Notes: generated from the letters alone by a model not told the origin. DNA of 11,880 bases from Archangium sp. (GCA_031367385.1 JANLPS010000061.1:1-11880), one strand, 5' to 3'; positions 1 to 7,368 are shown, counted from the first letter of the stretch. A program made the numbers and translations.

Positions 1-309
1 GAGATGTACGCCTCGCTGGCTGATCGCTCGACACGCAAGCTGCTCAACCGCTTGGTCAGCGTCGACGTGCTCGTCATCGATGAGATGGGCTACCTCAACC
101 TGAAGGCCGAGCAGACGAACATCTTCTTCAAGCTGATGGAGGAGCGGTACCGCCGCAAGCCCACAATCATCACTACCAACCTCGAATACGAAGAGTGGGG
201 CTCCTTCCTCGGCAACAAAGCGCTCGTCGACGCGCTGCTCAGCCGACTGCGTCACCAGTGCCACACCGTGAAAATCAAAGGCCCGACGCTTCGACTCTCG
301 ACGGGATGA
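1..309 (+). CDS. istB: IS21-family helper ATPase IstB, C-terminal part (runs in from window edge)
   Basis: Walker B VLVIDEMGY, FFKLMEERY, TIITTN, DALLSRLRH and KGPTLR motifs typical of IstB; stop TGA ends at 309. Confidence 0.92.
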   Translation, partial: EMYASLADRSTRKLLNRLVSVDVLVIDEMGYLNLKAEQTNIFFKLMEERYRRKPTIITTNLEYEEWGSFLGNKALVDALLSRLRHQCHTVKIKGPTLRLSTG

Positions 310-507
310 CCTCAGCCACCAGCGCCACCACCGAGCCCTCGACCGCTACGCTGCGGTCGGGGGCTTCGTGCTTGTGGCCACCAGTGGTCTCAAAGAACCT
401 TCGCCGAGCCGCAGGTCGCCTCCGCTCGGCTTCGCCTCGCTCCGGCGGCGACCGACCGACCGACAACGCGAAACTCAGATCACTCACTCTGCCGCTGATC
501 TGCGCCC

Positions 508-549
508 GGTCCACTCCTCGCGAGCAAAGGTGGGTCACTTCTCGCGAGC
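508..549 (+). repeat. Two 18-bp imperfect direct repeats, 24-bp period (putative IstA-binding terminal repeats)
   Basis: GGTCCACTCCTCGCGAGC (508-525) and GGGTCACTTCTCGCGAGC (532-549); multiple terminal repeats are characteristic of IS21 ends. Confidence 0.75.
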
Positions 550-556
550 GCTGAAG

Positions 557-1050
557 AGCTGCACCGCAAGACGGTGCGCAAGCTGCTCGGCCTCGCACAG
601 GGGAAGAACAAACCAAAGCCGGCAACCCCGACGACGAGCATTCTCGCGCCGTACGACGCTGACATCCGCAAATCAGTTGAAGACTGCGCCGACATTCGGG
701 CGCCGGCGGTGTTGGACCGCCTGCGAGAACAGGGCTACCAGGGCGGCATCACTGTCTTGCGCACAAGGCTACGTCAGCTGAGGCCCAGGCCCAGACAAGA
801 GGCCTTCCTGACGCGCAGCTACGGGCCCGGGCGACTGCTGCAAGTCGATTGGGGCGACTTCGGGTACGCGATTCCCGGATGTGCGCGGCGGGTGAGCGCC
901 TTCGTCGCCGCACTCGCCTACTCGCGGATGCTCTTCGTCATCTTCACGCTGAGCCAAAAGATGGGGTGCTTTCTGCGCTGCATGGATGCGGCGCTGCGTT
1001 TCTTCGGTGGCCGCACCCAAGTCGATGTCTTCGACAACATGAGCACGGTG
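557..1050 (+). pseudogene. istA: IS21-family transposase IstA, internal fragment (truncated at both ends)
   Basis: LHRKTVRKLLG (second half of HTH), GYQGGITVLR, PGRLLQVDWG (first catalytic D), LAYSR, FFGG, FDNM (second D); no start codon or third catalytic residue. Confidence 0.88.
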
Positions 1051-1308
1051 CAGACCGGGCTCTACGTGGGCGTGGTGTTCGAGCTGCTGCATTTGGGAGG
1101 CGTTTCGCTGGGCGGCTCGCACGCGCACCATGAGACCTTGCCTGCCATCGCGGCGGCGGCGATGGCGTCGGCGATGGGCAACGCCGCGGGCAGCGATGGC
1201 ACTCCGGCGATGTGGTCGCTGTCGATTCTCATCTTTGCGCCTTCGGGGTGGCTGGGGCGTCGGTTGGAGACGAGGCTCGATTTGCGGGCGCGCAAGTACG
1301 TCGGCCGG
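1048..1308 (+). pseudogene. PTS mannose/fructose/sorbose-family IIC component, internal fragment
   Basis: VQTGLYVGVVFELLHLGGVSLGGSHAHHETLPAIAAAAMA resembles the GLxxGxxLELxxLGxxxxGG segment of Man-family IIC; fused in frame to the istA fragment. Confidence 0.65.
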
Positions 1309-1933
1309 CGCTGGCCGGCTTGCTGTGCGTGATTGGCTTTCGGCTGATCGAGCTCAAGACGTTCATCGAGCTGCTCAACCACCACAAGGTCGAGGCGCTG
1401 GCCTTCGCGGTGACGTGCGTCGGCACGCTCACTGGGCACCTGATGGCTGGGCTGGTCGGCGGCTTGGTGATCTCCGGAGTCGGGCGTTGGCTCGAGGGCA
1501 TGCTGAACCCGGCGCGCAAGGCGCAGCCCGAGCGAAAACCCGGTATTCGCGCGGTGTTGACCAAGGCCGACGCAACGGCCCGGCACCCGGAGCACGCTCC
1601 GCAGTCGGCGCCCTCGAAGGCGCAGTGGTTGCCGAACGTGCGAGGCCGCGCGGTGCTGCCGAAGAGCGCCTTCATTCACCCGCAGGCCACGGTGATCGGC
1701 CGGGTGGTGTTCGGTGAGAACGTTCACATCGCCGCGGGAGCGTCAGTGCGCGCCGACGAGGGCGCTCCGTTCTTCATTGGAGACGACTCGAACATTCAAG
1801 ACGGCGTGGTGATTCACGCGTTGCAACAAAAGTGGGTTCAGGTCGGCGGCGAAGACTGGGCGGTGTACGTCGGCCGAAAGGTCTCGATGGCCCACAACGC
1901 GCTCGTGCACGGCCCGTGCTTCATCGGTGACGG
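1305..1933 (+). pseudogene. Fragment of a SulP-like transporter C-terminal TM region fused to a gamma-class carbonic anhydrase domain
   Basis: PALAGLLCVIGFRLIE...FAVTCVGTLTGHLMAGLVGGL (last SulP TM helices), linker, then hexapeptide repeats with Cam/CcmM-type motifs [45 protein letters not shown]; cut at both ends. Confidence 0.75.
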
Positions 1934-2133
1934 ACTGGTTCGACGTAGGTGAGATTGCTCGCGCCGAGCACCGCGACGAAGAGCCTCGCCACCTGCACCT
2001 CGCCAGTCTTCGGGTCGACCACCTCGATGCCGTCGCCGCTGAAGTCGACGAAGCACTTTTCTCCGGCACGGTGAGCCTGGCTCATCGTCACCCCGAGGTG
2101 CCCCGCCCACACCTGATACTTCTCGCAAAACCG
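1933..2133 (-). pseudogene. istA: Second, unrelated IstA transposase fragment (IS408/IS1162-like IS21 subtype)
   Basis: RFCEKY...[18 protein letters not shown]...[28 protein letters not shown] matches the MRQxHxAGEKxFVDYAG...[12 protein letters not shown] signature. Confidence 0.9.
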
Positions 2134-2209
2134 GCCCAATGAGCTGAGCGAGCGCGTCAAGCAGCGCCTCGCGCTCGTCCGCGTCTGGAAAGTGAGTCAG
2201 CTCCGCCAT
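2134..2209 (-). pseudogene. 5' fragment of an unidentified gene
   Basis: ATG at 2209, [25 protein letters not shown] with protein-like composition, cut off by the istA fragment. Confidence 0.35.
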
Positions 2210-2424
2210 CGATCTAGCCTGTAGAAGAATCGGGCGACTTTGTGAACCGACCTGACCGAATTTAGCTCTTTACCCAGCCACTCACGAATCGCCATCACCG
2301 CCGCCGCCATCACCATGCAGCCCTCGCCCTCGCCCTGCAAATTTCAGATGCGCATCTGAGCCTGCCAGTCAATTCGCTGACGACGTCTTGGGCGGTTGGT
2401 ATCGGCGGGCTGGTAGCTGGCTGT

Positions 2425-2769
2425 GTGGGCGCGTGCGCCGTCAGTGGGGGCGTTGTCTCGGCGGTCTTAAACTCACCGACGTACAACACGCCGAAAACCG
2501 TGGGCGATAACACCGCCGCGGTCGTGTCACAGGCAACTGCTGCTGTGGCGGTGGCGACAGGCCCGAATGCTGCGACGACTTGCAGCTTCGGGGGGCTCGT
2601 GATGCAGGTCGGCACCAGTGTTCAGGCGTACTCGCAATCAAGCGCCATACGCGCCTGCGGAGACACCTGCGTCGACTTTAGAGTCACGCAGCGCTGCACG
2701 GCTTCGGGTTTGATGAACAACTCCTACGTTCGCACCTGTCGAGACATCTCGAACGTCTATTGCCCGTAG
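2425..2769 (+). CDS. Cys-rich extracellular-type hypothetical protein, probably a 3' fragment (frame open from 2266)
   Basis: TCSFGGLVMQVGTSVQAYSQSS..CGDTC..RVTQRCTASGL..SYVRTC module ending at TAG; no clear RBS or ATG start. Confidence 0.5.
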   Translation: MGACAVSGGVVSAVLNSPTYNTPKTVGDNTAAVVSQATAAVAVATGPNAATTCSFGGLVMQVGTSVQAYSQSSAIRACGDTCVDFRVTQRCTASGLMNNSYVRTCRDISNVYCP

Positions 2770-3015
2770 CTCTGACGAGGGCGCCCGGGCCCGCGGCCGT
2801 CGCCGCACGGAGCGCCAATAATCAGGCGCTTCGCCGCGCGGCTTCGCCGAACGTCACTGACAGCGGCGGCTTTGGCACTTCAGCGACCCGGCGCACAGCT
2901 GGCACTCAGGGCGGCCGCCACTCCCCCCCCCCGAATTCGCCCGCCCCTTGGCCACGGTCGACGTACGCTCCATTTTCCACCATTCTTCATTCTTGGTCAT
3001 GGAGTCTCCACTCAG

Positions 3016-5142
3016 ATGAATGTGTCAATGGCTCGTCGGCTCGTGGTCGGTTTCGCGCTGTCCTTCGCGACGGGTTGCCTGGCGCCCTCCGCTGGGCTCG
3101 ATGGGGGAGGCGCGAGCGATGCCGGCAACCCCCGCGACGCCGGAGCTGATGCTGGAACCGCCGCGATGGACGCCGGCCGCCTGACCGATGCTGGCACCAC
3201 CGATGGTGGAGCTGTCGATGCGGGCGTACCCGACGCAGGCCCTGCGGCCCCGAGTTCGGTGGCCTACTCGCCGTCGACCGCCTCGTGCGTCATCGGAGAG
3301 AGCTGCACCATCGCTGCTCCACAGGTCACGGGCGGTCTGGGCATATTCACCAGCACGCCCGGCTTGCCGTCGGGCCTGCTGCTTGACCCAGTTACCGGGG
3401 CCATCTCAGGGGCGGCGTCTGTCACCTCGGCGCGAGCCGACTATGCGATTCAAGTCACCAACGCAGCGGGCTCGGCGTCGACCACCCTGCCGCTCGAAGT
3501 CACCGAGCACCCACCGACGGGCCTCACGTATTTGTCGAGCGCCTTGGTCTGCACCATTGGAGTCCCCTGTACGCTCGGGCCACCCGGTACCAGCGGTGGC
3601 CCGATTCGGTCTTTCTCGGTGTCGCCGGCGCTCCCCTCGGGGCTGTCGATGGGCACGACCACCGCAGTTATCACAGGCACTGGCACGAGCCTGGGCGTCG
3701 CCCAGTCGTACACCGTGACAGCCGAGAACTCGGGAGGCTCGACGACGACGGCCGTCACGATCTCGGTGGTCGAGGTGCCGCCCTCTTCGTTGCAGTACGC
3801 CGTCTCGAGCCTGGGCTGCGGTCGTGGCGCGCCGTGCACGCTTGGGCCCCCGACGGTCACAGGCAACGTGACGAGTTACTCCACGTCTCCAACGCTGCCG
3901 ATGGGAATGAGCATCTCGCGCAGCGGCATGATCAGCGGCAGCCCGACGGTGACATCGGCGGCGCAGATCTATCTCGTTCGAGCCACCAACACCGGAGGCT
4001 CAGCCACGTTCAGTTTATTGCTCACCGTCTTCGTGAAGGCGACCATTCTGTCTTCGGTCGACATCTCCCCACTCTCGAATTTGAATGTCTTTGTCGGGGG
4101 CGTCACTGAGTACCGAAGCAAGATCGTCGCCGACGCGGGCGCTTGTGCCGACTTGACGGGCTACTCGACGAGTACGCCGGTCGCCACCCGCATCACCGAC
4201 CCGGTCATTGAGTACGTCGATACGACGGTGACCCTGTGCGTGCTGGGCTCTGACGGCACGACGTGGCAGCCCGAGGCGTATTCGACGACGTCGAGCCTCG
4301 TCGACGCCACGCTGATCAAGACCGGCTCAGCGACCACCGCGCTCGAATTCGTTAGGGTCGTCGACGTCGATGCCGGAGCGTATGCCATGGCGACCGCGAT
4401 CTTCACCGCTGACGGGGGTCTGACGTCGTCAGCCACGTGCGCGGGGTGTGAAGTATCGACCGACCTCGGAGCGACCTGGTCGACGATGGTGCCTGATGCG
4501 GGCAACAAACTCGTGGTTCACGTGCGCCACGCCGCGGCCGCCACCCCCAACACCGAGACTGACTCGACGCTGACCTGGGCCGGCGGAGGGGTGTGGACGT
4601 TCGCTTCATTCACCAAGGCCGCCGAGTGCCTTCCTTCGGCGAAGCGAATCTTTATTTCGGAGAGCACGCACAATGGCCAGTTCGTGCCGTTCAGCTCCGC
4701 CGACGATTTCTGCCAGGCCGAGGCAGGGGCGTATGGCGTGGGCGGCACCTGGCACGCGATGTTATCGACGGCGAGCACGAAGCTCGCCCTGCTCGAACCC
4801 AGCACGACCTACTGTTCGCTCGAGGGCCGCCAGTTGGTTGTGAACCGGGCCTTCGTGGCACCGATGGTTCGGAGGGTGAGCGGGAAAAACATCAACCCTG
4901 GCGTGACCTATGCCTCGAAGGCCCACTTCCCCTACAAGCCGCGCACGGAGAATAGCTACTACTGGGTCGGCGACAATTCGGCCTCGTGCTCTGGGTGGAC
5001 GGCGAACACCGGCCCTGCCCAGGGCTGGGTGGCGGGCATCAACTGGGGCGATTCAGGTTGGGGCTGGTACGGGCTGCAAGCGGGCGGCATCGCGCAGCTG
5101 AACTGCGACGGGGTCATGCGCCTGATGTGCTTCGAGTCTTGA
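3016..5142 (+). CDS. Large surface lipoprotein with DAG linker, three putative-Ig (He_PIG-like) repeats and a C-terminal DUF1554/endostatin-like domain (708 aa)
   Basis: GGAG at 3001-3004, ATG 3016 (alternative 3028); lipobox FATG-C; LPSGLLLDPVTGAISG-type Ig repeats; KRIFISESTHNG...ADDFCQAEA...GTWHAMLS C-terminal domain. Confidence 0.85.
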   Translation: MNVSMARRLVVGFALSFATGCLAPSAGLDGGGASDAGNPRDAGADAGTAAMDAGRLTDAGTTDGGAVDAGVPDAGPAAPSSVAYSPSTASCVIGESCTIAAPQVTGGLGIFTSTPGLPSGLLLDPVTGAISGAASVTSARADYAIQVTNAAGSASTTLPLEVTEHPPTGLTYLSSALVCTIGVPCTLGPPGTSGGPIRSFSVSPALPSGLSMGTTTAVITGTGTSLGVAQSYTVTAENSGGSTTTAVTISVVEVPPSSLQYAVSSLGCGRGAPCTLGPPTVTGNVTSYSTSPTLPMGMSISRSGMISGSPTVTSAAQIYLVRATNTGGSATFSLLLTVFVKATILSSVDISPLSNLNVFVGGVTEYRSKIVADAGACADLTGYSTSTPVATRITDPVIEYVDTTVTLCVLGSDGTTWQPEAYSTTSSLVDATLIKTGSATTALEFVRVVDVDAGAYAMATAIFTADGGLTSSATCAGCEVSTDLGATWSTMVPDAGNKLVVHVRHAAAATPNTETDSTLTWAGGGVWTFASFTKAAECLPSAKRIFISESTHNGQFVPFSSADDFCQAEAGAYGVGGTWHAMLSTASTKLALLEPSTTYCSLEGRQLVVNRAFVAPMVRRVSGKNINPGVTYASKAHFPYKPRTENSYYWVGDNSASCSGWTANTGPAQGWVAGINWGDSGWGWYGLQAGGIAQLNCDGVMRLMCFES
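3250..4035 (+). repeat. Three tandem 88-89-aa Ig-like protein repeats
   Basis: Units begin at about 3250, 3514 and 3781 (PSSVAY / PTGLTY / PSSLQY), each with a CxxGxxC pair, an LPxGL/M...I[ST]G motif and a N[AST][AG]GS motif. Confidence 0.8.
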
Positions 5143-5177
5143 CGCCTGCGTGGACATTTTGAACCTGCAAGTTCCAC

Positions 5178-5199
5178 AACCGTCCCAACGTTTGGGCGG
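5178..5199. terminator. Imperfect hairpin between convergent genes, possible terminator
   Basis: ACCGTCCCAA...TTGGGCGGT inverted repeat with a one-base bulge; no U-tract. Confidence 0.3.
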
Positions 5200-5221
5200 T
5201 CGGAGTCGATCTTCTCGAGCG

Positions 5222-5405
5222 CTACGGCCTTTTGACCCTTTGCAATGCACTCGACGCCAGCGCGTTCTCAGGTTGCGCCTCGATCACCTTCTCGAGCCAC
5301 TTCGACGCCTCCCCCGCGGCCTCTTTTTTCTCAGCCGAGGTCTTCGCTTTGGTGAATCGCTCGGTGTGCAACACCCCGAGCCGCAGCATGAACTCGACGT
5401 TCTCC
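5222..5405 (-). pseudogene. 3' fragment of a TPR-like protein
   Basis: ENVEFMLRLGVLHTE...ASKWLEKVIEAQPENALASSALQRV then stop; TPR-like helix pattern; 5' part replaced by IS256 sequence. Confidence 0.6.
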
Positions 5406-5588
5406 TGGGCATCGAAGTGTCGAAGACGACGGTGTCTGAGTCGTTGGGGTTGATGCACGACGAGGCGATGAAGTGGCTGACCCGAGAGCTTGGGGCCGAG
5501 GACTGTTGGGCGCTGTACATCGACGGAACCAACTTCAACATTCAGCGCCGAGGCAGCACTGAGAAAGAGCCGTCGTTGGTGGTGCTGG
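5402..5588 (+). pseudogene. IS256-family (Mutator) transposase, internal fragment
   Basis: LLGIEVSKTTVS...KWLTREL...WALYIDGTNFNIQR...EKEPSLVVL matches the SxSTVS...WxxRPL...lylDg catalytic-D region. Confidence 0.82.
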
Positions 5589-5722
5589 CTTCGGCGGTGC
5601 AACGGCGGCAGGGCGTGGTGCTGCCCCATGCGACTGGTTCAAAATTACCCCAGGTGAAAGATCAGATTCTCGAGGCGATTTCGCACGGCATGCACGTGGT
5701 CTCGACCTGCGAAGAGCTCGCC
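5589..5722 (+). pseudogene. Fragment of a dihydrodipicolinate-reductase-like / 2,4-diaminopentanoate (amine) dehydrogenase family gene
   Basis: HATGSKLPQVKDQILEAISHGMHVVSTCEELA; VVSTCEEL is characteristic of this family. Confidence 0.7.
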
Positions 5723-5803
5723 CGGGCCCGGCTTCGGAGCGGCAAGCTCCCGCAGCTCGAGCACCGACGGAGGCCCATAGCGGTCATAGACGACGGCGCG
5801 CAT
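5714..5803 (-). pseudogene. 5' fragment of an MDR-superfamily (NADP-dependent/quinone) oxidoreductase
   Basis: Manual translation, absent from the ORF track: MRAVVYDRYGPPSVLELRELAAPKPGPGEL from ATG at 5803. Confidence 0.85.
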
Positions 5804-5843
5804 GCGTGAGGCCAGGGTCCAGCTCGGCGGCGGCGCCGTCGTA

Positions 5844-5865
5844 TGTCAGAGGCAACGGGTAGACG
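5844..5865 (+). promoter_or_regulatory. TGTCAG-N10-TA motif resembling a PafBC/WYL-activator-type DNA-damage promoter
   Basis: TGTCAG (5844-5849), 10 nt, TAGACG (5860-5865), a few nt before the transposase GTG; the last -10 base deviates from TAnnnT. Confidence 0.4.
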
Positions 5866-5871
5866 TGTGGA

Positions 5872-7183
5872 GTGGATGGTGGCGGGGAGGGCCGGCGACG
5901 GGCGCCGGAGATGTCGGTGCTGCACGAGGTCTTTCGGCGAGGCTGGCCCGCGGTGTCGTCATCGATGCCGTCGCGGGTGAAGCGTGAAGTGGAGCAGTAC
6001 CTGCGGTGTGGCGACCTGCGGTACGGCTTCGTGGAGGTGAGCTGCGAGGTCTGCAAAGAGGCACGACTGGTGGCCTTCAGTTGCAAGGGCCGAGGCTTCT
6101 GCCCCTCGTGCACGACGCGTCGAGCCATCGACACGGGAGCGCAGCTGGAGTCGGTGCTGCCGCACGTGGCGCACCGACAGTGGACCTTGAGCCTGCCCTT
6201 CTCGCTGCGCTTTCAAGTCGTCAAGCGCCCGGAGCTCCTCAAGCGCATCGAGGTGTGCCTGGTGCGAGCCATCTGGCGCTGGCAGCGACGAGAGGCCCGG
6301 CGCCTCGGAGTTGAGGGCCCGTTGCGCGGCGGCGGGGTGTGCTTCTGGCAGTGGTTTGGCAGCAGCCTCCAGCTGACCCCGCACCTTCACCTGCTGGTAC
6401 CCGAGGCGCAGTGGCTCGGCAGCGGCGAGTCGGTGCTGCTGGGGCCGCCGTCTGATGACGACGTGACAGCGGTGCTGCACCGGGTGTTGCGGCAAGCCCA
6501 GCGAGACTGGGGTGACGAGGGGGTCAGCTGGGCTGACGACGAGTACGAGGCCATTCAGCAGCAGGCCATTCAGCAACGGCTGCCTCTGCCCGAGAGTGGG
6601 ACTCAGCGGCGCCGTCGTCTCGCAGTGGCGCACGGTTTCTCACTGCACGCCGACACGGCCGTGCATGCCAATGACAGACAAGGGCTTGAGCGACTGTGCC
6701 GGTATGGTGCGCGTGGCCCCGTTTGCGAATCACGCCTGCGCCGACTCGACGACGGCCGCTACGAGTACACGCCCAAGAAAGGAGTCACCTTCACTCTGAC
6801 GGCCGAGGCCCTGGTGCGGCGGCTCGTCGCGCTGGTGCCTCCGGCGCGGCTGCACCTGACGAGCTTTCATGGAGTCTTGGCCCCCAACGCCTCGCTCCGG
6901 CCCCTGGCCACCCGCCAGCCCGAGGCGGAGGCCGCTCCTGGGCCACGAGCAAAAGTACCACCTTTAGAAAAAGACGAAGCGGCGCCTCGACTGGGCCACC
7001 CTCCACCAGCGCACCTTCGGCACCGACGTGTTGCGGTGCCCTTGCGGTGGGCGCCGTACCATTCGCGCGTTGCACTCCACCCGCGGCGCCGCCGAGCAGA
7101 GACTGACTGCCCTTGGCATTCTCGTGCCCTCGCGCATTCTCCCGCCGGCCACCGCGCCTCCCCAACTGACCCTCGCCGTCTGA
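5872..7183 (+). pseudogene. IS91/ISCR-like rolling-circle (HUH) transposase with a +1 frameshift near 6963
   Basis: Zn finger CEVC...VAFSCKGRGFCPSC, RQWTLSLP, HUH motif LTPHLHLL, GFSLHA, LERLCRYGAR, PPARLHLTSFHGVLAPNA; continues in shifted frame as KKTKRRLDWATLHQRTFGTDVLRCPCGG to TGA at 7183, confirmed by copy 2. Confidence 0.9.
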
Positions 7184-7347
7184 AGGACTCCCCAGGGCCT
7201 TACCGACTTCGACCGTCGTCACGCCACCGCTGCGTCGACGTCGCGGCTCCCACCGTCACCGCTGCCTAAAACACCTCGGCCACTCGCCGCAATTCGCCCG
7301 TCGCAGTACCCTGGCGCCGAGTGCCTTCACGCCACCTCATGGATTTC

Positions 7348-7368
7348 AGCGGTTTGAAGTTCCTCTCC
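7348..7368 (+). other. oriIS-like end of IS91/ISCR element copy 1
   Basis: AGCGGTTTGAAGTTCCTCTCC; first 17 nt identical to 10292-10308; resembles the GTTTGAAnTTCCTATnC-type oriIS of ISCR elements. Confidence 0.75.

Larger units (their letters stand above)
1..556 (+). mobile_element. Right-hand end of an IS21-family insertion sequence
   Basis: istB 3' end, then a non-coding tail with a hairpin (GGTCGCC 414-420 / GGCGACC 447-453) and tandem terminal repeats; sequence switches abruptly to istA coding sequence at about 557. Confidence 0.7.
5840..7368 (+). mobile_element. IS91/ISCR-like element, copy 1 (left/ter boundary uncertain)
   Basis: HUH transposase followed by a 185-bp tail ending in oriIS-like GCGGTTTGAAGTTCCTCTCC. 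Confidence 0.78.

Noticed and set aside
508..549. Direct repeats as a CRISPR array
   Set aside because: Only two units with a 6-bp spacer and no cas genes; their position after istB fits IS21 terminal repeats.
1640..1933. Carboxysome ccmM gene
   Set aside because: The gamma-CA domain follows membrane helices; no RbcS-like repeats or other carboxysome genes are present.
2840..2862. Second TGTCAG motif on the minus strand
   Set aside because: Not followed by TA at 10-nt spacing and no credible gene downstream.
2872..3015. TTG-initiated N-terminal extension of the large lipoprotein
   Set aside because: Signal peptide and RBS fit ATG 3016/3028; the extension crosses a poly-C tract and looks non-coding.
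4642..5142. Diversity-generating retroelement target (CLec-like tip)
   Set aside because: No template repeat or reverse transcriptase is visible in the window.
5150..5809. 219-aa ORF as a real gene
   Set aside because: Composite of antisense TPR sequence, IS256 and dehydrogenase fragments, and antisense MDR sequence.
6964..7269. C-terminus of the 465-aa transposase ORF as called
   Set aside because: Out-of-frame read-through after the frameshift; the true C-terminus ends at 7183, as shown by copy 2.
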